This document shows positions 44,092 to 53,126 of a DNA stretch of 53,126 nt, piece after piece; position 1 is the first letter of the stretch, and every line of letters begins with the position of its first letter. The stretch is from positions 1,003,701 through 1,056,826 of the forward strand of contig WELB01000020.1 in NCBI GenBank assembly GCA_009602725.1, written 5' to 3'. Source of the stretch: Spirogloea muscicola (lineage: Eukaryota). Under the pieces are notes generated by a model that was not told the DNA's origin, ran no database searches, and worked only from the letters and a program-made list of their open reading frames with translations. Made by a program: the position numbers and the translations under genes.

Positions 44092-47000
44092 TTATGGGTC
44101 CAGGATGCAGGTAGTGCCCGAGCACTGGCCATCGTAGCCATTGATATTGCACGGACCACCAGTGTCAAAGTGGCACATTCCGTTTTCGTTGCAGAAGGCG
44201 CAGCAACCATGAGGACACGGACCTCCGCAAGGCGTGTCAACTGGCTTGTAGCTGTCAGTCTGGCATTTTCCCTCACTGCAAAAATTGGCAACGTGTCAGG
44301 TAAGATGTGAGCGGCATAAAAGCTCAGCTTTGCTTTCTACCATGAAGGAAACTATCAGCGTGACATGACAGCTTATGAGTACAGGTCTTCTCAAATCATG
44401 AGCCCCTACGCGCAGGCTGTGGCAGTAAAGTGGCAAGATACATTTGAAGTACTGACTTCCAGGTCTTAAGGCAATACCTGCACTTGCCGTTGACGCAGTC
44501 GGGATACAATCCTGTGTTGATGCCAGTTATGTTGCAAGGAGTGCCATTCGACAGGAATTTCAGCATACACTTGCCATGCCTGTGATGTGGCCCACCCAAG
44601 GTGCAATAGTCATGCTCAACTGGTGGATCCTAAGCTTATGTCCTCACAGGTGCCAGGAAATGTTTGGCTGGACATGTATGCTGATTGATGAGCTATGCTT
44701 ACTTGTCAAGTCCGTCTACTGTGTGGAGCACAATGACTATGTTGGCTTACAGCTTACGCAGATTTGTGACCTACATGCACGATGCAGTAGCACAGCCCTT
44801 GTAGTCAGCAAAGGGGCCCGGGACGCTGTTTATAACGTCCAAGGCATGTGCGCAACTGGTGCCATCTGGAAGTGGAGAGATCTGAGCACAGGTGCCATTC
44901 CTACAAGACAAACAACCTCAGCTCTGACTCAGTAGCTCGTACACATGCTGGTGAAAAAGTCATGCTAATTACTGGCAGAATGCGCCACAACATCTGCAGA
45001 ACAGGTGTTGCCAAGTTCACAGTGCGCATGCATTGGTCACAGAGACTGTGCCGTTGCATGTCCTCGCTAAAAGCTTGGACATCAGATACACCTGCACTTT
45101 TGCACACTGCAGAAGTCGTTCCCAGGGATGTAGTCACAAGATATATTGTCCTTTGCACCGTAGTCGTAAAGGCAGTGTCCAGCACCACTGCCAACAATGT
45201 CTCACCAGTGTCACAGCCCAAACGGCATGCTTCTGGCAAGTTGGATTTCCTTATATGCTCGTGACACATGAGTTGAATGCACTGCACTGCACTGCATTGA
45301 CTCTTCGACGATATTCGTCGACAATGGAGGCGGCTTTACTTGCACACTCCATCCAGCCAGCACTGGTAGTTCTGGTATTCAGTTATCAATAAGCAGGAAG
45401 AGTTAGCGGAATAGTTGCTCGTGACTGCACATGATCCATTCCTGTACAAGAGGACCACCAAGCCAGCAGCATCTCTGTGAGCAATTGAGAAAGTGGTCAT
45501 GCCAGCACACCCGATGAAGTGAAGATCATCTGCTGTGCAAGTTGCCAACTTGACACCACGTGACAATCAGAGCCAGTGCACTACCTAGCTAACTATCTCC
45601 TGCACAGGGGTGGCCAGCTGCTCAACACCAGAAACACACAGCTATAAACAAGAAGGTCAAAGGACTAGCTCAATCGAGAGCACTGACCGGCAGCCGAAAG
45701 TGGCGCAAGAGGAATCAACTCCAGGGACAGAAGGGCAACGTGAGCCGTCCCCAAGACTAGCCCTTGTGCATTTCAAGGTCCCAGGGCTAGAGAGGCGCCC
45801 AGACAAGCATCAGTCAGGATCACTAGACATCCCTGGTAATGGATGTGAACAATAGTACTATCAGGAGCATGCGGTTCACCAGCAAGCAAGCAAGAGGTGT
45901 CTGCACCTGATGCATGACCGAGCAGTTGCGCTCAACAACCTCTGCAGTGGTGTTTGCAGTTTGGAGCTTACTTGCAGTATGCATAGGCACACGAGTTTTG
46001 GATAGAAGCAATTTCGTAACCAGGCAAGCCTGGCTGCCAATTCTGGCAAGTGAGGTTATAAGGGTCGTTATAGTCTGGAATGCATGCTGCACATGCCCAA
46101 CAAAGAGAATATAAACCAGCACTATGTCTGTGACAAAGAACTTCCTAAAGTTGCAGAGCACTCTGCATGGACTGGCAAAAACAGTCTGGACTATTATGCA
46201 TACTCAAGGAGCCTGCTCTGTCTACTTCCAAACTTCGAATAGCTCCATGCATCCACGAGACTCTACAAGGAAAGAGCCTAATAGCTGAATAAATGGGCGC
46301 ATGCAGGGACGAAGAGATCCTGAGAGATGGGTGTTGAGGTGGTTGAGGGCAGGAGGATGGGAGGGGAGGAGAACGGGGCAGGACGAGATTGGTGATGATA
46401 GTGGAGATGGAGCATTTGTAGCGCCCACCTGGTGCAGGCACGGCCGCACAGACTGAAGCTGGCCTCTGCCACTTTGCAGGGCGGTCGAAGCAGTTGGTGC
46501 CGGTGTGAACAGGTATCCCCTCGATTGTGACATTGGGTGCTGCCCCGACGAAGTAATTATCGGTGACATCCAACCACGTCAAGTTCCGGGTTGAAGTGAA
46601 GAAGCTCAGACTGAAAATGCCCTGGAATTTGTTGTGGGAAATGTCTCTGCCACATCATTAATTGTGGCCAATGAGAGTGGCTCATTGAAGGGGGGCCCTA
46701 CACTGAGGTGAAAGAGAAGCATTTCACATTGGTTGGGAATTGCATAATTCAGTGATGTCTCCCTTACAATTTCCTCAGCTTTGTGAAGGTGGTAAAGGGC
46801 TTCTGCCCTCCCGACCCTGAATCTGGCAGCGCCCCTCCAAAAGTGTTTCCTGCTATGTTGCTGCAGCAACCAGGAGCCTCGCAGGCAATATGTACAATTG
46901 CATCAGCAGCGCATTCTGAGCCTTGCTGCTGGCTGCACGTTACATACAAGTGATGTCAACCTAGCCTTCTATAAGTCAAGCACGAGGATTTCTGACGCCT

Positions 47001-49454
47001 GGCAGCTTGAAGCACCCTCAAGGACAGGAACCCCTGCCATTGTTCTGATGCATTTGATTTTATTGCTGGGAACAGCGCCAGTGAGCTGCGGTATTTCTTG
47101 TCATGCTAAGGCAATGAAGGACCTTACAGGACTTGCAAGTTGATGCAGCGTGTCAGCAGGTCTGGAAACAATCCAGTGAATCTGTTGTATGAGAAATCCC
47201 TGAAAGTAGCGGTGCAACATAGACTCTGCCAATTAGTGATGCTCTTGAAGACCATGTATGCATCTCGCCAATTTTTAAGCAAGTAGCCTCCCTCATATGG
47301 TTGTCTGTGGGCAGCTGATTATCAAGTGGCAGCTTGCTTGCATTTCAGAAGATAAGCAATGTAGGAGGAACATTGAAATTTGTCCAAGTCATACACGGTT
47401 GTGAGGATATTGTTGCGATAAACGGGTCCGCTTGGCACAAAGATGGGGCCTGTCAATTGATTGTGTGCCACTTGACTGCAATTGCGAAGTACACCACCCA
47501 TGAGTTTATCATTTATCAATCGGATATACATATGTGCATGATCACGTTGTGGATCTGCAATGCTACAAGCCTTTGGCATTCCGTATCGTGTCAGATTATA
47601 GTCAAAATGTCATGTGATGCCTGAGTCACATATTCACGTGCGGACAGAGCTCACGAAACAGCCAGCGTCTGCATGTGAAGTCTTGATTCTCACACTTTCT
47701 GAAGCGCTTGCATCTGTATGTTGGGAATGGTGCCATTAAGGCTGTTGTAGTCTAATATGCTGTGGAGGTGCAGGGGAGAGATCGTGTCAAGAACAACGCA
47801 GAAACACGAAGGCCAGAGCTCATGGATAAGAAGCTGGAACAAAGAGATTGCCGAGCTAAGTTGAAAATTGCAAGATCACAGCATCAACCATCTCAAGCAA
47901 GGTGTGAAAACTAGCAACGTACAGAATGACAAGTCTGGAGAGTTTTGTGATACTGGGTGGTATGCTGCCCGTGAGGTTGTTGCAGCAGAGATGGCTGACA
48001 CACACGGCACAAAAGACCAGTCAAGCATCTGCTAAAATATCAGGGCAGGGCACTGGGATGGTCAGAACGACATTGTAACATTGTCTCGTCTCACTTGCAT
48101 GCTTCCTAGACGCCCATAATCAAGTAGCGTTGCCATGTACCAGATTCAACTTTTTTAGTAATATCAATATGTAGGAGGAGGTCATGAAAGATAATAAGCT
48201 TAAACATTTGTCTTTTATATCCATCTATTGTATGTGCCACTAGGACAGGAAGTTCTAGCTCAGTTGCAGAGTGTATGTATGCAGTCAACATCAGACTGAG
48301 ATCTACACACGAGAACTCACAGCAGGGTGAGCACAGAAAGCTGCCCGATGCTCGCTGGGATACTCCCACGTAAGAAGTTATGGTCTAGGTTCCTGCAGGC
48401 AACTCTGTCAACTCTGTGACATGAGCACCAATGCCTTGCTCTTTTGGGCCACAACGCACAGAACAATGCGGGAGCCCAATGAAGAAGGTGAGTGTAGATT
48501 GATCTCGCACAGAAGGTCGAGTCGGACGAGGTTGCCAATAGTAGAGGGAATGCTTCCCGTAAGCCGATTGCCATAGAGATACCTTGCGAAGCACACGCGA
48601 GGAGTGGCATCAGATGCTCGTCAGTGTATCTCATTTACGACATTATTTACAAGTATAAAAGGAACCAGCATGTAAATGGCTGCTGGCAAGGGGACTACAC
48701 TGTAAGTACTGCGAGCAGGGTGATGGGGAGAGCAGTGACTCACAAGCACGTTAGGCCCGTCAGGTTGCCAATCGAGGGGGTGATGCTCCCATTGAGGTTT
48801 GAGTTCACAACCACTCTGTCAATGCACGAGCTCGGCTGCACTTGCATCAAGCAACGTGGACGGACGACAAAAGTCCGCGGACCAAGGGGGACTTAAAGAG
48901 CCTGGTGGAGACGGCGGAGTCAGAGGCGGCACCCTCCTGAAGTGGGCGGGCAAAAGCCCGCCACCAACCTACTCACAGCGAGCTGACACGATTGGTCGTC
49001 AGATTGCACTGGATGCCGTGCCAGGCGCAGTTGCCCCCCGTGGAGTTGCAGGCGGCGCAAGGGTTGGACCCCACCCAGCTCGACAGCACCGGCGGATTCA
49101 GCACCGCGGCCTTGAAGTCCAGCAGGGCCGCCACTGCAGGGCCCGCTCCCGGCAGTGGAGGCTCAGCAGCTTTCTGTGCAGGCTCTTCGAGCAAACAGGT
49201 CCTCAGCTAACGAGTAGGTCACTGCTCTCTAAGAACATCACAGAGCGGCTGTGAGAGCCAGCCGGGTGCATGCAGAGGGTGATTATGAGTATATTCGCGG
49301 GCAGGCAGGGGTGCCAGCGGACGCACGGTCGGGGTGCACTCCGAGCAGGCGGCGGCCGGGCGGGAGCTCTGCGAAGGCGGCGGCGGCGGCGCCGGAGTCG
49401 CCGGCGGCGCGGCGACGGCGGCGGCGGCGAGGAGGAGGGGGGCGGCGGCGCCAT
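44092..49454 (-). CDS. Paralogous secreted LRR plus Cys-rich repeat gene, same 17-exon layout; exon 1 out of frame as assembled (possible pseudogene or sequence error)
   Basis: Exon 2 (49133-48977) encodes the LRRNT; LRR exons YLYGNRLTGSIPSTIGNL, NLDHNFLRGSIP, QVAHNQLTG; cap NCFDRPAKWQRPASVC; Cys exons CIPDY...CAYAYC, CTRAS...CATFGC, GAGHCLY...FCSVQKC, NGTCAQ...CATASC, HGKCML...CVNGKC, EGKCQ...TTCILDP-TAA (44094-44092). Confidence 0.75.
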
Positions 49455-49680
49455 GGCGGCGGAGGGAAACGGAGCTGCTGTGAGAAGTGGCGCTCCCAGT
49501 CAATGGGGGCAGGGGCTGTGAGAAGCCGGCCCAAAAAGGATTGACAAACGGTTCGAAGGGGGCCAGAAATGACGGAGGGGCCTGAAGCGCAGTGGCAGAA
49601 CAGGGGGAGGATGGACCGTCCCGCAGCTACGACTGAGCTAGCTGCCCGTGGGATTAAATGAGCGGCCAGGTGCGCACACA

Positions 49681-49774
49681 GGGGTTGTGGTTCACGACAT
49701 GATTAGCGGTCCACATCAAATGGCCCGGGGGGGGGGGCGGGGGGGGTCGGGGGTTCGACTCCCGCCGGCCCCCA
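49681..49774 (+). other. tRNA-like fold (probable tRNA-derived/SINE-like sequence, not a canonical tRNA)
   Basis: GGGGTTG pairs with CGGCCCC; the T-arm GGGGG-TTCGACT-CCCGC contains a B-box; imperfect anticodon arm GTCCA-CATCAAA-TGGCC; poor D-arm; G-run in the variable region. Confidence 0.35.
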
Positions 49775-51764
49775 GCTGGCTGCCGGCCCTGGATTTTGCG
49801 GGGGGGTGCGTGCCCGGCCCACAGAGCGCCGGGGGCCACCCCCTCGCCACCGTGGCAATCCAGCTGGCGCCGGCCCAGCCACGTAGGACCGCGTCAGCGT
49901 GTCAGGGCCACGGCGGCCTCGACTCGCGGGGGTGGCGACTGCCCCACAGTCACCGTCAGCGGCACTCCGTCGGTGGCTCGTTCGCGCCGATTCGACAAAG
50001 GTGGTGATGTGGCGGTACACGTGGACAGAACCGGTGGACTTAACATCGGTCTGGTGTGAAGAGAGTCGCGACCAGGCTACCTCCGGCACCTCGTCGCCGC
50101 GATGTGCCGCCCGAATCGCTCAATGAGAAGCCCGAAGAGAAGCCGAGAAGCCATCAAGCCCGCTTCAAGTGTGACCCACCTTGACGAGTGTGGGCGGGTA
50201 CCGGCCAGGCTAGCGTCTGGTAATGGTAGGTACTGGTGGAGGTGACGGTCCCAGGCAACACTGGCCGTGGGACACGGGTGCCAAATGGGCCAAGTGGCCT
50301 GGCCCCCAGAGAATGTGATAATTTGCCTGACCGAGCATATCGGGTCGGGAGAACCGGGGCCGAGCATCTTTTCGGCCGAGTCTTTCATTCTCACCATTGG
50401 CTTGAATTGGCCTCCCTTTCAATTCATGCGCCCCGCGCGCCTTCTCTCACCAGAAGTGGCCCCAGCGCCGCCGCCGCCGCCGCATTGTCGACGGGCGTCT
50501 TCGCCCCTGTCGCGACACGCCAAGGAGACGTTGGGCTCATAAGGGCAGCCGCGCATCTAGAGATACTCCGTGAAGCTCCGCATCCGATTGCGTGAGACCG
50601 GCTCACACTTAGTATGCTGCGGAGACTGTGACCTTGTGTGTCTCTAAAGTGCAGCATTCACACATCGTCTCGCTCGAGCTGCTTAGAGACTGTTGCACAT
50701 TCTTGCGTCAGTAGCCCTCGTGTACGACATTTCTTGACTTCGTTCCGCTTTGTGGTACTAAGTGTGTGACTTGCCTCCCACCTTCTTTACCTTGAGAGTC
50801 AATGAATCATCCTTCACACTTTGCTCCATGTCATCTGTTTTCACCTCTAACTTTTACACTACGCTACTTCGTTTCCAGACTTTATTTGTAAATTCTGCCT
50901 GCCGCGTAGGCCCTGACACGTCACTGTTTCGTCTCAACCTGAATCATTGACGCTAGTATGGCAATCAGCGCTGTGTGGCACGACACCGCCCTGGTTTATT
51001 TTTGCCAGGTCCGCTGTCATGAGACATCCCGTTAGTGGCTTATTGATGTCGATCTGACAAGGCATGTGAGGTGGCTGCGCACGTGGACATCCGAGGCACG
51101 TTATCAATCAGTCCAATATGAAACAGGATTTGCGGAAACGGCACCTCCAGCTCATCCCTGGTCAGGTAAGTGCTCATTCGCAGCTGCGTCGTCGGTCCGA
51201 CATCGGCGGGCAACCTCATTCGGCCATGCCAATCGCTCAACAGAAGTGCCGCTGAGCCGTCGATGACATCGGCGGGCCAACCCCATCCTACCGTCTCAAA
51301 CACTCAAGTGCGTATCTGCCGCAAGGCTGTGAATCTGGCATCAAAGGGCAGACCCCATCCTACGCCCGACGAGGAGCCGAAAAGCCCTAAGGCCGCTCCA
51401 ATGGGATGTCCCATCCTGACGACCGAAGGCGGGTACCGGCCAGGCTAGCAGCGGGTGAAGGTGAAAATTATGAGGGAATAGCAATCCCAGGCTACACTGG
51501 CATTGGGGAGTAAGGGTGGAGGGAATTACGTGCATTGGAAACAAACGAAGGCCCAATGGCCAAGTACAAAGGCAAGCACATCTAAAGAGAAAGCAGCAAT
51601 AGCGCTCTCAGGCTACACTGGCCTTGGGATGAAGGGTGGAGAGAGGAGCCAAATGGGCCAAAGAGCCTGCTCCAGAAATAATGCCATTCCTGCCGACCGG
51701 CACATGCGAGCGGAGGGCTGGGACCGAGCAGTTCTACTCGGTCCAGTCTCCTTCCCTAAGCCTT

Positions 51765-53126
51765 TGCGCGTGCAAGACGCTTTGGCAGAGCAGGAGAGCT
51801 CTCTCGAGCCGCTCAGGCCCTCTGCCCCGACCCCTTGGCAGCAAACAATGAGGCCACTGAAGCCACCTTGCGCCAGCTGCATCCTCCTCCTCAGCACCCT
51901 CTTGAGCCCTGGGTTGGCGAGCTCCCCACTCCTCTTGAACTTTCAGCAGATGCGCTCCGCACGGCCCTCACCAAAGGCCCCCGAATGGTGTCTGGAGGCC
52001 CTTCTGAATGGCTCTTCGAGCACCTTCGGGACATCTTCCAAAATGGAGACGAAAGAAGCTTCTCTCTGCTCCTCTCCACCTGCCGGCACATCACCAGAGC
52101 CACCATCCCCCCCCGCATCGCCGACGCTCTCAACTCCAGCCACCTGCTGGCCCTGGCCAAGCCGTCAGGTGGTGTCAGGCCCATCGCCATGACAGAAGTA
52201 ATAATGCGGCTGGTGACCAAGGCTTTGTGCGGCGAGCTAAAGTCCCAGCTGTCCACCCATTTTGCACCCCACCAATTGTGCTGGCATGTCCTGCGGGGCA
52301 GAGGCCCTCGTCCACGGGATCCGCGCAGCGCTGGATGTCAACCCATCACACATGGTCCTTGGATTGGACATAGCCAATGCATTCAACACTGTGGAGCGCA
52401 ACGCCATCATGGAGGAGCTGCGTGATCACTTCCCCTCCTTAATCCCCTATTTCCTCATGGCCTATGGCCGGCCAGGGCGGCTGCTGTGGCGTTCGGAGGA
52501 GTCTTGGACGACCTTATGGTCCACAACTGGCACACGCCAGGGAGATCCCCTCAGCCCCATACTTTTCGCCTTGGCACATTCCCGAGCACTACGGCGCACC
52601 CAAAGCCTGCACCCGAACCTCCTCTTCCCCTCCTATGCAGACGACACACATATCGTCGGCCCACCGTCAGAAGTCATGGCGGCTTATCCCTTGCTCGTAC
52701 ACGAACTGAGCACAATGGGCCTGCGGGTCTGCCCCACCAAGAACGTGGCATGGTCACCACGCCCCCTCCCCACCAACCTCCAGCTCCCACCAGGCTGCCA
52801 GACCCCTGCCAATGGGCTGGCTGTTCTCAAAGTTCCCCTTGGCACACCATCCCACATTGCGGAGGACTTGCGTGAACGCCTGCAGCAACACCTTGCCCCC
52901 CTTCCCTCCCTTCCCCTCCTCGGAGATCCGCAGCTGGCGCTGGCCATCCTTACTCGCTGCATCGGTCAACGAGCTGGCTACCTGCAGCGGACAGTCGCCC
53001 CAACGGACATGGTGGGCGAGCTGTACAAGGAGTTCGACACCTCCCTCCGGCAAACCCTGGCTTCCCTGATTCAACACCCATCCTTCCCCTCACCTTCATC
53101 CTCCCTGCAGGCATCCCTTCCCACAC
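51765..53126 (+). mobile_element. Second RT-containing copy of the same CRE-like element, running off the window end; frameshift near 52280
   Basis: Highly similar to the reverse complement of about 19900-21015. Motifs GELSRAAQAL...LRQLHP, GGPSEWLFEHL, GGVRPIA, LDIANAFNTVER, GTRQGDPLSP, YADD. Confidence 0.88.

Overview
Eukaryotic, intron-rich genomic DNA. The gene content (CDPK, NAC-like factor, plant-type LRRs) points to a streptophyte; a zygnematophyte-type alga is my guess and cannot be confirmed here. Genes read by hand: (1) a complete 11-exon, 500-aa calcium-dependent protein kinase on + (10097-15976), in which 3 of 10 introns appear to use GC donors; (2) a highly divergent NAC-domain gene on - (about 22326-24278); (3) three paralogues of a secreted LRR plus Cys-rich-repeat protein built roughly one repeat per exon, namely a clear pseudogene on + (24972-28304) and two near-intact 17-exon copies on - (33152-38605, 44092-49454), each with an apparent frameshift. 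The intergenic DNA holds dozens of 5'-truncated copies of a CRE-like non-LTR retrotransposon with a restriction-like endonuclease. These belong to several subfamilies, mostly end the ORF in ...SDLxLL(T/S)RGY-stop, and carry a hairpin plus a pyrimidine end with no poly(A). Two copies retain the RT (18622-21015, 51765-53126). Also present are a decayed copia gag with an internal inversion, unidentified structured dispersed repeats, a tRNA-like fold, micro/minisatellites and two assembly gaps. All calls are manual; no searches were run.
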